DNA of 63,800 nucleotides, counting the filler. It is 3 parts of 3 records of this genome, joined end to end, with 100 filler letters (N's around TTAATTAATTAA, not from the genome) between each part and the next. Parts side by side here need not be neighbours in the genome. Positions count along the whole stretch, not along the records: positions 1 to 29,455 come from SRR31156797_4052; 2 more parts are not named here. One strand, written 5' to 3'. Of this stretch, positions 13,201-21,750 are shown piece after piece; positions within the stretch are counted from its first letter, which is position 1, and every line of letters begins with the position of its first letter. Made by a program: the position numbers and the translations under genes. A model generated the notes under the pieces. It saw nothing but the letters and a program-made list of their open reading frames with translations. It did not search any database and was not told the origin of the DNA.

Positions 13201-13945
13201 AATCTTTGTCGTCAACGGGCATCAGGTGAATTCTTACTCCACCAGCAATTGCAATATTACAATCTTTTTTCACTAAAGATTTTATTGCTATATCAACCGC
13301 AGAAAGTCCAGATGAGCATGCTGAATCAACCACTAAACTAGGTCCCTTCAAATCAAGGAAATAGCTAATGCGACTAGCCGTTATTGATGAAAGGTTATAT
13401 GGTATTGAGCTTGAAATTTTCTCTTTATGTGACATGTTAATTATTGTTTGATAGTTACCATTTATTGAAGGAGAATATCCTAAAAATACGCCAGTACTAC
13501 TATCGTGAATGTCATCGTTTAGATATCCTGAGTCTTCTAGGGCTTTACTTGCAACTTCAAGAAAGAGTCTTTGGTTTGGATCCATAAGCCTAGCATCATT
13601 CGGTGTTATATTATAAAAATTATAATCAAATCCAGAAATACTATCCAGATAACCCGCTTTATATAACTTTCTCTCTTCTCCGTAAATATTTTCTACAAAG
13701 GTTTTAATTTCTGTAACTCTGTTTTCTGGCAATTCCCGTATACAGTCTACTCCATCACAAATAATCTTCCAGTAGTCTTCTATACTTTCTGCACTTGCAG
13801 CTTTGATTGACATACCAATAATTGCAATATCATCACTTACACTACCTTGGATTCCCTTAACTTTTTGTAATAATTCAGTAGTTACAGATTTATTAATATT
13901 ACCATCTTTATAATTTTTTGAAATACACTCTATTAAATTCTGCAT
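7244..13945 (-). CDS. Hybrid trans-AT PKS/NRPS: KS / ACP / Cy / A(Cys) / PCP / C
   Basis: KS DSACSS, HGTATSLGDPIE, KSNIGH; ACP GLDSI; Cy LTNIQKAYMLGR and DLLIAD; A code DLYNLSLIWK = Cys; PCP GIDSI; C HHIIADG. Confidence 0.93.
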   Translation of the reverse strand: MQNLIECISKNYKDGNINKSVTTELLQKVKGIQGSVSDDIAIIGMSIKAASAESIEDYWKIICDGVDCIRELPENRVTEIKTFVENIYGEERKLYKAGYLDSISGFDYNFYNITPNDARLMDPNQRLFLEVASKALEDSGYLNDDIHDSSTGVFLGYSPSINGNYQTIINMSHKEKISSSIPYNLSSITASRISYFLDLKGPSLVVDSACSSGLSAVDIAIKSLVKKDCNIAIAGGVRIHLMPVDDKDYRLGIESIDGHTRAFDGATTGSGVGEGAAAIVLKRLSDAKRDNDNIYAVIKGIALNQDGKSVGITAPNPKSQEAVIIKAWKNANIDPNTIKYIETHGTATSLGDPIEVNSITKAFRRYTDDINFCAIGSVKSNIGHLYECAGIASIIKATLVLKKKMFPKTINYSCVNDKIDFLLSPVYVNNMNRYWEKSNYPRRCGVSAFGYSGTNSHLILEEYINESSDVSLKNEKDLYVAVFSANSEFSLKKILDQYEKYYIDIKELAIDEIVWNLACCKKHYSYRLAIQATSTLDLLEKIKLICKEGINCNKEWFEYRYHKIIYSAKEIQNDGEITLAEQNNINEIINGIIQNEPYKIAIEQISVFYCKGAKIDWTDLYSDNLNNKKLSLPKYVFDKEKMWINTKPAPQLRKIGSNTISSFEEKNSGINESVKLFGKDSYTEVEIYIGETLKEVLGFKEIDVYDNFFELGLDSISMMKIVDKIRKKYNVVLDMKLFASGLNLCKLAESIFYGEKRIELYENYADREDNKYDEFELTNIQKAYMLGRNSYYTLGNTSTHMYLEYETDLDFNRLEDALNRTIEKHPMLRAVIYNDMYQKILEIVPRYKIQVDDFTNESSIKKDIHIKNLREKMSHRIFNPEVWPLFEIRGVKTKDTKYLHIDIDLLIADGISLQIILKDLIQFYNNCEKEFDEVKYTFRDYIQQYNSIKGTDDYNKSKDYWLNKIENCVYAPELPHKTSIEEITKPYFKRKKKNFGKNSLRRIKEVAKSQGVTISSILCTAYIETLRKWCVNNNFIINIASYNRYGFNENINEIVGDFTSVLLLVADYSPELCFWEKVRYIQNNILEGIANRYYDGVEVISSILSKTGEYSKALFPVVFTSVISEQDDIDMDFIGREIFGTNQTPQVYLDNQARAFNGELIMVWDFVEQALDNHLVSDMFSYHNKILEDVLKGTIEYTPRIDIFPGLEAYNDTFEEFELEPFVKTFNRQVKIHADKVAIKLNDKVLTYKELEDKTNKMANYLINQGVKKDDFVAIITERNIMTVINIIAVLKARAAYVPIDNDYPDERRNYILENSKCINVITCDTYNAKNIDELPDKLPHVNYSIKDKMYTIYTSGSTGRPKGVVLTQESVINTIIDINNKFDVSSEDKIIGISSFCFDLSVYDVFGAFMAGATLIMIEDQRDIIKLIEVVNKERITIWNSVPAIINLAVQNIDFHNDSVRVIMLSGDWIPVTLPDIVKSVFEKASVISLGGATEGAIWSIYYPIECINKQWNSIPYGMPLANQKMYVVNEMLEQCPIDVIGEICIGGLGVASEYCGDIEKTKKAFINHDELGYIYRTGDYGIFREEGFIEFLGRKDNQVKINGYRVELGEIEKCLHVVDGVKEAIVIVENNAIYGFVTIEGGIQYSMINSEISNYLPDYMIPKYIYILDEFDLTYNGKIDYSSLSRKVIEQQISIPKCNQEANGMEPVVTNDMESDILDTIRQISGNEYINLSSKLFDIGIDSILLITIITKINKKYKVSLSIDEMFKSNNIKEICTKIINARSVKEINIPKLEERGFYPTSSMQKKLFLACKENLESRIYNISTAIVVEGALDIKKCRKALDELTVRHEALRTSVKEVDGEIVQEIMPKVSNQIKEIVMPGVAIDDIIYSSQTSFSFEDESLYSFSILDNKLVKVIFFEIHHIIADGTSLHILMDDFLRLYRGDDLEVIDITFKDFVDWNESQKRRQIVLKENRYWINKLKGTLPRMELPVDYFVQKQSTFKGGVEEAELTNEVYLKLKNFGRKQGFTTFVILVSVFNILLKHYYKSDDIIIGIPFSGRTEDSLSRVVGMFVNTLPIRTYVNDNKKFIDTLSDMRENVIEGTANQNFEIGDIINKLDIKNSKIFNTIFSYQYYDILSFKIEDATFTYHNILQRYVKVPLEVSVTEFNDKIKIDIIYSEEMFIDTTIKRMCDRFIMLLEYAVDNQDDDIQQIVSIIYDNFRADLSELNFTF

Positions 13946-15765
13946 GCTATCTCCTCAACATTTACTATTTCCCCATCTTCAAGTTTAATAATTCTATCAG
14001 CAAAATTAAAGAATCTATCATCATGAGTTATTGCTATAACACATTTTCCTTCTTCTTTTAGTTGTGGAAGTAATTCTGTGTAGAAATAATACTTGAATTC
14101 TGGGTCTTGTTCTGCTGCCCATTCATCAAAAAAATATATGTCATTATCTTCAAGATAACTTATTAACAAAGCCACTCTTTTCTTTTGTCCAGAGGACAAA
14201 TCTATATCATTTATTTCTCTATCATCTATTTTTATTTTGTCAAGTAGTCTAATTTGCCTAATAACATTATCTGCCTTGCTCTTGTCATAATCTTTATCTA
14301 CTCCATAAAGCTTTTTAAACAAATGATGATCATAGAAAATCGTTGAAAAAATCTCGCCAATCCTTTGTTGATTAACATTTATAGAATTAAATAGTACATC
14401 TCCTTTGTCAGGTTTATATAATCCAGTTATAACCTTACCCAAAGTTGATTTTCCACTCCCGTTTCCTCCAATAATAAATGTTATTTCTCCTCTTTTGAAA
14501 TCAATATCCATAGGTCCTATTTTAAAAGCTTTATCAACTTTATTCTTATATGAATACTCTATTCCCTTATAACTAATATCCTCAAACTTCTTATCAAGTA
14601 CAGGATGTTTTATAATATTACTATTTTTTTCAGCTTCATAGCTTAATTTTGAAATAAACTCATTGACTCGCTTTCTGCTTGCATTAATCTTTGGAATCTG
14701 TGGCATCGAATTTACAACTACGTCAAAATGCCCCTTTAGCATCAAAAATATCACAAAAAATTCGCTTACATCACTAATAGTCACCACATTAGATAATAAC
14801 GGTAATCCCAATACAATAAATCCCAAAAACATAAATATTAGAGCTTCAGTTGCAAATGCTACATAAGAGAAAAATGCATCCGCCTCGACTCTTGCCTTTG
14901 TATATTCTGTATTTTCATTATTTATATCCACCATATATTCATCCATTTTTTTCTTTTTCAATATTAGGCTAGTAAATCCTTTTAATAAACCATCAAAATA
15001 CTTGTAAAATACTTCTTGATTTACTCTAACCTTATCCCATTTTTTTTGTGATAGAAATGATATACCAACAATAACCAAAAATACGACTATAATAGTTACT
15101 AATGCAATAGAAAATAGCCTAATATTTGATACTGCCATATATACACAACAACATACCATAACAACCAAACTAGTTATCCCAGAAATTGCAATACCAATTA
15201 TATTACTAATATTCTCAGTATCGTTATTTATACAAGTATAAATATTCTCTACCCCTATTTGTTCATAAGATTCATAGTCACATTTAGCTAATGTATCAAG
15301 CATTTTCTTACGCTTGTAATAAACATACTCATTTGTTATAGTTGTAATTTCTTTTCTTACCACTTTCACAATATATGAATACAAGAATAATGATCCAGCA
15401 AATAGTACCGCAACATATATCGATATTTCTAGATTTAGTGTAATAATATTATTCAGTGTATATGTCATTAGTGTAAAGGAACATCCACTAATTACACTTA
15501 ATGATGCAATATATGCAATAAAAAACACATTTGCTCTTTTCTTTTGGATGCGTTTTGATACAAAGTATGCAGAGCAGTAAATAAAAATGACTAAAAAGGC
15601 GACAGTAAACGCTAAAGTGTTTCCGATACTACTCCGTGTAAATATTGACTGCCATGATATGTTAAATAAACCACTAGGCAAGTAATAAATTACAACTGCC
15701 ATCAAAGATACCAATATAATTGTAACAAAAAAATCTGATAACTTTTCTCTATTACTAACTTTCAT
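13933..15765 (-). CDS. Cyclic peptide export ABC transporter (SyrD/PvdE/YojI family)
   Basis: TM domain plus GGNGSGKS, LSSGQKKR, family motif DEWAAEQDP. Confidence 0.9.
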   Translation of the reverse strand: MKVSNREKLSDFFVTIILVSLMAVVIYYLPSGLFNISWQSIFTRSSIGNTLAFTVAFLVIFIYCSAYFVSKRIQKKRANVFFIAYIASLSVISGCSFTLMTYTLNNIITLNLEISIYVAVLFAGSLFLYSYIVKVVRKEITTITNEYVYYKRKKMLDTLAKCDYESYEQIGVENIYTCINNDTENISNIIGIAISGITSLVVMVCCCVYMAVSNIRLFSIALVTIIVVFLVIVGISFLSQKKWDKVRVNQEVFYKYFDGLLKGFTSLILKKKKMDEYMVDINNENTEYTKARVEADAFFSYVAFATEALIFMFLGFIVLGLPLLSNVVTISDVSEFFVIFLMLKGHFDVVVNSMPQIPKINASRKRVNEFISKLSYEAEKNSNIIKHPVLDKKFEDISYKGIEYSYKNKVDKAFKIGPMDIDFKRGEITFIIGGNGSGKSTLGKVITGLYKPDKGDVLFNSINVNQQRIGEIFSTIFYDHHLFKKLYGVDKDYDKSKADNVIRQIRLLDKIKIDDREINDIDLSSGQKKRVALLISYLEDNDIYFFDEWAAEQDPEFKYYFYTELLPQLKEEGKCVIAITHDDRFFNFADRIIKLEDGEIVNVEEIACRI

Positions 15766-15807
15766 TTCATTCTCCTGATGTTAATAACTTGATTACTAAT
15801 TAGAATT

Positions 15808-16491
15808 TTATTTTTCATCTAGTATTATTCCATCACGTAATCTCATTAAACTAGTTCCATATTCTGATGCTTCTTTAGAATGTGTGACCTGTACTATAGT
15901 TGTTCCGTATCTCTCATTTATTTCTTTAAACAGTTCCATGATCTTCTCACCAGTTCTTGTATCCAGATTACCTATAGGTTCATCTGCTAAAAGTATTTCT
16001 GGCTCTATTATTAAAGCTCTTGCAATAGCAACCCTTTGCTGCTGTCCACCAGAGATTTCACTGGGCAAACTATTTAGTTTGTCTGATATACCTGTTAGTT
16101 CTAGAATTTCTGCTAACTTTTCTTTGTATTGCTTTATATTTCTCTTATCGATATATAATGGAAGCAGAATATTATCTTTAACGGTAAGATTAGGCACAAG
16201 ATTATAGAATTGAAATATAAATCCTACAACTCTTCTTTTAATCGCTGCTAGTTCTTTAGAGCTTACGTCGTTGTAGTTTTTACTATTAATCAAGATTGAA
16301 CCTTTCGTAGGCTTGTCCAGTGCTCCGAGCATATATAGCAGCGTTGATTTTCCGCATCCAGAGGGTCCCATTATAGATAAAAACTCTCCTTTTTTTATCT
16401 CAAAACTGATATTCTTTATTACTTCTAATTCTTTGCTACCAAATTTAAAAGATTTGCTTACATTTCTTGCTTCTATTGCTAAGTTATTCAT
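15808..16491 (-). CDS. ABC transporter ATP-binding protein (LolD/MacB-type)
   Basis: GPSGCGKS, ISGGQQQR, LADEP. Confidence 0.92.
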   Translation of the reverse strand: MNNLAIEARNVSKSFKFGSKELEVIKNISFEIKKGEFLSIMGPSGCGKSTLLYMLGALDKPTKGSILINSKNYNDVSSKELAAIKRRVVGFIFQFYNLVPNLTVKDNILLPLYIDKRNIKQYKEKLAEILELTGISDKLNSLPSEISGGQQQRVAIARALIIEPEILLADEPIGNLDTRTGEKIMELFKEINERYGTTIVQVTHSKEASEYGTSLMRLRDGIILDEK

Positions 16492-16507
16492 AATCTTCTC
16501 CCTTTAC

Positions 16508-19000
16508 TTATTCATATCTAAGTTCATCGATAATAGATAGTTTATTTACTTTAATTCCCATCAGTAATCCAGCTATGATAATCTCAATAAATACAATACT
16601 TGAGTATGTTAAAAACAGTCTAATATTAACTGCAACATCAATGTATATTCCTATAAAATGCAATACTTCTTGAATATTTTCAATAACCAAATAGTATGTA
16701 ACTATGCTAATTGTAATACTAATAATCCCAATAAATATATTTTCTAAAATTATAATCCCCTTCTTTTTTCTTCTATCTATTCCTATTGAATCATAGGTAG
16801 CTAGCACCTTCTTCCTTTGTACAAAACTAATAATAATGTTGTTTATTACACCTATTGTAGCTAGGATTATTGTAATGATAGACACTTTCTCAATTATATC
16901 TAAGAAGGATGATGTCATTTTTATGTCTTGATCCTTTTTCGTAGATTCAAGCACTACTGATTGTATTTCATCATTAATCTCACTTCTCTTTACTTTGTTA
17001 AAAAAGGCATTTATGTCTGCGTCTTCTTTTAATTTCATACTTACACTGTTTGGATATTCTATTCCAAAATCGCTTTTCATGTTTTCAATACTGATTAATG
17101 CAAAAGAACCCATATATGCCATTCTTGCATTAAAGCTGCCGGCTATTTCATACCTTAGGATTTCCTCATCAGGTGATAAAAGGATTATCTCATCACCAAC
17201 CTCTTTATCATACTTATCTAAAAGTGCAAGAGAAAGGAGTATTAGTCTATCGTCATCACTCAATTTATCTAACACCTCTACACCATCTGTATATGAGAAA
17301 TACGTATTAAACTCTCCATATTTTTCATATTCTACCCCTTGAACTAAAGATATACTATCATCATCTTTTATAGGCATCTGATTATATGAATAAAAATAGT
17401 AGTAATCTTCTATTTCATCTGCTCTATCTATATAGTCATATAGCTCTTGCTGCTCTCCATACATTAGAATGGATAAGTCAGAATTATACCCTGAAAAGAG
17501 TTCATCAAAACCATCAATAACCGCAGTTGATATAGTACCAACTAGTAAAACAATAGTCACGCATACAATAATTAAATTTATATTGTTTATAAGCATTTTG
17601 GTTGTAAATACATTTTTTAGAGATATATATCCGATTGGTAAGTTGTTCACGAATAATTTCATATCCTTTACTGCTAAAAAATCAAATATAAGTGGCAAGA
17701 ACAGTATCACAGATAAAACTGTCACTACAATTATTAATATGCTATTTATAATAGAGCCTCTAAAAATAAAAGCAGCTATTAATAATACTACAATAATTAC
17801 TATTCGTGTTATAATAACCTTTAAACTGCGATTTTTAGAATAATTATTATGTTTACCAAGTATTAGGTGTTTTATTGTGACACCTCTGAGTTTGCTAATT
17901 GAAAGAGATACAGTTATTATAGATAGGATTACTGCAAATAGTATACTTGTAGCTCCGTATAACCAATTTATTTCAATACTTTTTAGCCATTCTATACTAA
18001 TTCCACTAAATCTACTGTCAGCTAGTATTGACACAATCAATATGCCATTACCCAGCCCTAGGCATCCACCCATTAGCCCTAAGAGAGCTGCTTCAGCAAG
18101 CAGTATCAAAATTATCTTAATATATCTAATACCAACACATAAAAAAGTACCAATAACTTTCAATCTTTCAAGTAATACAATATTGTATGTTGTAAATATT
18201 ATTAGTGCGCCCATGATGCTGCTGACTATTAGAATTAGCAGTAAAGGCAACCCAAGATTTGAGTTCAACGAGTCTTCCACAAGAGATGTATCAATTTCTG
18301 TAAAATACAATTCATCATAGTTTATTTCTAACCTTTCAATCATTTCATCTTTAGCTGCGTCAGATTCGTCAATATTATCTATATACAATACATTAAACAT
18401 ATCTTTAGTTCCAATAATCTCATTAGCATCATCAAATGATACCATGATTTTTATATCACTAGACTCGTCATATATGTAACCCTCATTCTCCAGTATTTCA
18501 GTAATAACAAACTCTATTTTCTTATCAACAGCTTCAACCTCTATTTTGTCTCCAAGATTTAGAGAATACTTTTCGCTGATAGCTTCTGATATACCCGCAT
18601 GATTCTCTGCCTCTCCAGAAGCAATTAATATTGAATTATAATCAACAATGTTTCCGATGTCATCATCCTTAATACCAATCAATAACACATCATTTAATAA
18701 ATCATTATGGTCAAAAGTTGCTGGTATCACACAAAGAGGTACTTGCATAGAAATGTTCTCATCTTGAATCTCTTCATCCATAAGAAAACTCTTTGTAATA
18801 TCATTTGATCTAGCTATTATATCTGTCTCACCATATTCTGACGTTAAACTCTTTAATGCCTCAATTTCAACATACTCATTAAAGTATATTGTTATATACA
18901 GTAACATTGCAGAAACGCCAATCGATAAAACAATTAGAATCGTCCTACCTATCTTTTCTTTCATACTATTTAATAAATACTTAAAAAACATCATTTTCAC
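16508..19000 (-). CDS. FtsX/MacB-type ABC permease with duplicated architecture
   Basis: Two repeats of TM + large extracellular domain + 3 TM; ERLKVIGTFLCVG motif; adjacent ATPase. Confidence 0.85.
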   Translation of the reverse strand: MKMMFFKYLLNSMKEKIGRTILIVLSIGVSAMLLYITIYFNEYVEIEALKSLTSEYGETDIIARSNDITKSFLMDEEIQDENISMQVPLCVIPATFDHNDLLNDVLLIGIKDDDIGNIVDYNSILIASGEAENHAGISEAISEKYSLNLGDKIEVEAVDKKIEFVITEILENEGYIYDESSDIKIMVSFDDANEIIGTKDMFNVLYIDNIDESDAAKDEMIERLEINYDELYFTEIDTSLVEDSLNSNLGLPLLLILIVSSIMGALIIFTTYNIVLLERLKVIGTFLCVGIRYIKIILILLAEAALLGLMGGCLGLGNGILIVSILADSRFSGISIEWLKSIEINWLYGATSILFAVILSIITVSLSISKLRGVTIKHLILGKHNNYSKNRSLKVIITRIVIIVVLLIAAFIFRGSIINSILIIVVTVLSVILFLPLIFDFLAVKDMKLFVNNLPIGYISLKNVFTTKMLINNINLIIVCVTIVLLVGTISTAVIDGFDELFSGYNSDLSILMYGEQQELYDYIDRADEIEDYYYFYSYNQMPIKDDDSISLVQGVEYEKYGEFNTYFSYTDGVEVLDKLSDDDRLILLSLALLDKYDKEVGDEIILLSPDEEILRYEIAGSFNARMAYMGSFALISIENMKSDFGIEYPNSVSMKLKEDADINAFFNKVKRSEINDEIQSVVLESTKKDQDIKMTSSFLDIIEKVSIITIILATIGVINNIIISFVQRKKVLATYDSIGIDRRKKKGIIILENIFIGIISITISIVTYYLVIENIQEVLHFIGIYIDVAVNIRLFLTYSSIVFIEIIIAGLLMGIKVNKLSIIDELRYE

Positions 19001-19020
19001 TTTCTATAAATCTTTAGACT

Positions 19021-21066
19021 CTATAAATCATTTAACAATTGATCTATATCATATATTACTTCTTTTTGCTTAAATGCATTATGCTTATACTTTTCTTCCT
19101 GTTCTTCTATATATTTTGCTAAATCTTGTATCGTATGATAAGTAAACAAACTAGATATCTCTATATTGCAATTTGGATAATAATAATTAACTTTATCAAG
19201 AAGTGTAATAAAGTGCAATGAGTTTATTCCGTAGTCAGCAAAACTTTCATTTCCATTAATATCTATCCCAGGGAATGTTTCTTTAAAAATCTTCTTAAGC
19301 TTTTTTGCTACAGCAGTACTGGGCTGATATATAGTTGAGTTTAGCTTTACCTCTTCATATAGCATATCAACCTTTTCTTCAATCTCCAAGTAATAATTAT
19401 TCAGATATCTTTGTTTTAATAACACTCTTTGAATTTTACCACTGCTTGTTTTCGGTAAATTTCGTACTGGTATTGATTTAGCATTTACACCTACATATAT
19501 CCTAATAATTCGTTTTACAATATTACATGTTTTAATTGTATTTTTATCAATTTCTCTACTATTAAAGAAAACAATTATTTCTTCAACTTTTGTCTTATTA
19601 TTCATTACGCCAATAACTGCAACGTTGTATCTATCCTGATTAATACCTTTAGCTACCATCCTCTCAATATCATTAGGAAAATAATTCTCACCATTTACGA
19701 TAATCATTTCCTTCTTTCGTCCAGTTATGACTAAATTTTCATCAATTGTAAACCCTATGTCGCCAGTTTTTAGCCATAAATCATCAGTAAAAGAATTCTT
19801 CGTATTTTGGGAATCATTATAATATCCATTAGTAACATTATCACCACAAATTTCTATATTACCAACAATACATTCACCTACATTTTCTCCAGTGTCATTT
19901 GTTATTCTGTAGTTACAATCGTCAATTGCGCTACCTAGTTTTACAAACTTTACACCTTCAACATTATTCACACTTACTTGCTTTACAGTTGATCCAATAT
20001 TTAAATTTTTTCTATCAACACAAACTGCTTCAATAGAATCATTTACACTAGGAAATGTTACTGCTAAAGAAGCTTCTGCCATCCCATATACTGGAAATAT
20101 AGCGTTTTCACTAAGATTATTCTTGCTTAGTAATTCTGAAAACTTTGAACATGTATCGTAATTAATAGGTTCAGCTCCATTGAATATTACACGAATACAA
20201 TTAAGATTCCAGTCTTCAGCTTTCTCTTTCGAGTACATTTTCATAAAATACTCATATCCAAAATTTGGCGAGTTTATTATTGTCGACCTATGTTCATTTA
20301 CTTTGCCAAGCCATAACATTGGTTTTTTCATAAAGAGCATCGGTTGCATGAGGTATTGGTTTATCCCACAGTACATTGGTGTTAAATGAAATCCAATCAA
20401 TCCCATATCATGCGATAATGGCAACCAAGAAAGACTGCTATCTGAACACTCATATGTTCCTATTGCTCTAACTATAGCCCTTATATTAGTAATTAAATTA
20501 TTATGAGTAAGTGTAACTCCTTTGGGAGAGCCAGTTGAACCTGATGAGAACTGTATAAATGCAATATCATCTTTATCAGGAGAAATTACGCTAATATCTT
20601 CAATACCAGTATCATTATGTATAAAATTGTAATCAATACTCCTGTCTTTAAGAATATTTAATAAACGACTGTTAGATGTTTCTTGCGCAAACTCATTTAA
20701 CTTACCAAGCATATTTTCGCCAGAGAATATAAAGGGGTTATTTAATTTATTAGAAATATTCGCAACTTTTGTTTTTCCTTCGAAACTATTGCTGCAAGAT
20801 ACCGGCACAGCAATATATCCTCCTAGGATACATGCCCAAAAGCACATCAGAAATTTCGATATATTGCTAGTAAGAATAATGATCTCATTATTTAGTTGAA
20901 CACCTTTGTTTTTCAATACCTGTAAAAATATCCTAGCCTCAGAATACAATTCCTTATAAGACATAAATACCTCTTCTTTGTTGTTAATCAATATAACTCC
21001 AGAATTATTATTTTCCTTCTGCAAATTAATCATTTCAAACAATGTCTTCATATTTTTACCTCTCAT
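19021..21066 (-). CDS. Fatty acyl-AMP ligase / ACP didomain (lipopeptide starter); start may be MKTLF at 21051
   Basis: FIQFSSGSTGSPKG, SWLPLSHDMGLIG, YGMAEA, PKTSSGKIQR; C-terminal ACP YGINSL. Confidence 0.87.
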   Translation of the reverse strand: MRGKNMKTLFEMINLQKENNNSGVILINNKEEVFMSYKELYSEARIFLQVLKNKGVQLNNEIIILTSNISKFLMCFWACILGGYIAVPVSCSNSFEGKTKVANISNKLNNPFIFSGENMLGKLNEFAQETSNSRLLNILKDRSIDYNFIHNDTGIEDISVISPDKDDIAFIQFSSGSTGSPKGVTLTHNNLITNIRAIVRAIGTYECSDSSLSWLPLSHDMGLIGFHLTPMYCGINQYLMQPMLFMKKPMLWLGKVNEHRSTIINSPNFGYEYFMKMYSKEKAEDWNLNCIRVIFNGAEPINYDTCSKFSELLSKNNLSENAIFPVYGMAEASLAVTFPSVNDSIEAVCVDRKNLNIGSTVKQVSVNNVEGVKFVKLGSAIDDCNYRITNDTGENVGECIVGNIEICGDNVTNGYYNDSQNTKNSFTDDLWLKTGDIGFTIDENLVITGRKKEMIIVNGENYFPNDIERMVAKGINQDRYNVAVIGVMNNKTKVEEIIVFFNSREIDKNTIKTCNIVKRIIRIYVGVNAKSIPVRNLPKTSSGKIQRVLLKQRYLNNYYLEIEEKVDMLYEEVKLNSTIYQPSTAVAKKLKKIFKETFPGIDINGNESFADYGINSLHFITLLDKVNYYYPNCNIEISSLFTYHTIQDLAKYIEEQEEKYKHNAFKQKEVIYDIDQLLNDL

Positions 21067-21069
21067 AGA

Positions 21070-21750
21070 TTAACAAATCAAAGTCTTACGTATTTCATCA
21101 ATTATTTCATTCGAGTAGTGATTAATAAAAAAATGGTCACCATCATATTGTTTGAAATTGCAACCATTTCTACAGTAATACTTCCAAGCAAGCTTTTCTT
21201 TGTTGTTTACTGTTTCATCCCTTACTCCATTAAAAATAGTTACGCAACAGTCAATTTGAACTTTATCTTCTACCTGATATTCTTCATTAATTTTTAAATC
21301 ATTCTTAAGAATTGGATTGAATGCATTAAATATAGTTCTATTTTCAAAAAACTCTTCATTAATTCCACCTAACTTAAAGACAGCTTCTTTATACTCATCG
21401 CCATTAAGCGTAGATATTCTTTTCCTTGGCTTAATATGAGGGGGCCTTGTGCCCGAGATAAATAAATGTTTTGGCAACTTATATCCCGCTTTTTTTATTT
21501 GTCTATACATTTCATAGACAACTAACCCTCCAAGGCTATGACCGAACAAAGCATAATCACAATCCTCACTTAACCTTATAACATTCTCACAAATATCACT
21601 TGATACCTCTTGAAGACTATTCATTAATTTCTCACCCATCCTGCGACCATGCCCACTATAGTCAAATGCATAATATTTTATCTCATCATCAATCCACTGA
21701 CTGAAAAACATTGAAGTCCCTCCTGCAAATGGCATCAAAAACACTTTCAT
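21070..21750 (-). CDS. Type II (editing) thioesterase
   Basis: PFAGG, GHSLGG, GDHFFI. Confidence 0.92.
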   Translation of the reverse strand: MKVFLMPFAGGTSMFFSQWIDDEIKYYAFDYSGHGRRMGEKLMNSLQEVSSDICENVIRLSEDCDYALFGHSLGGLVVYEMYRQIKKAGYKLPKHLFISGTRPPHIKPRKRISTLNGDEYKEAVFKLGGINEEFFENRTIFNAFNPILKNDLKINEEYQVEDKVQIDCCVTIFNGVRDETVNNKEKLAWKYYCRNGCNFKQYDGDHFFINHYSNEIIDEIRKTLIC

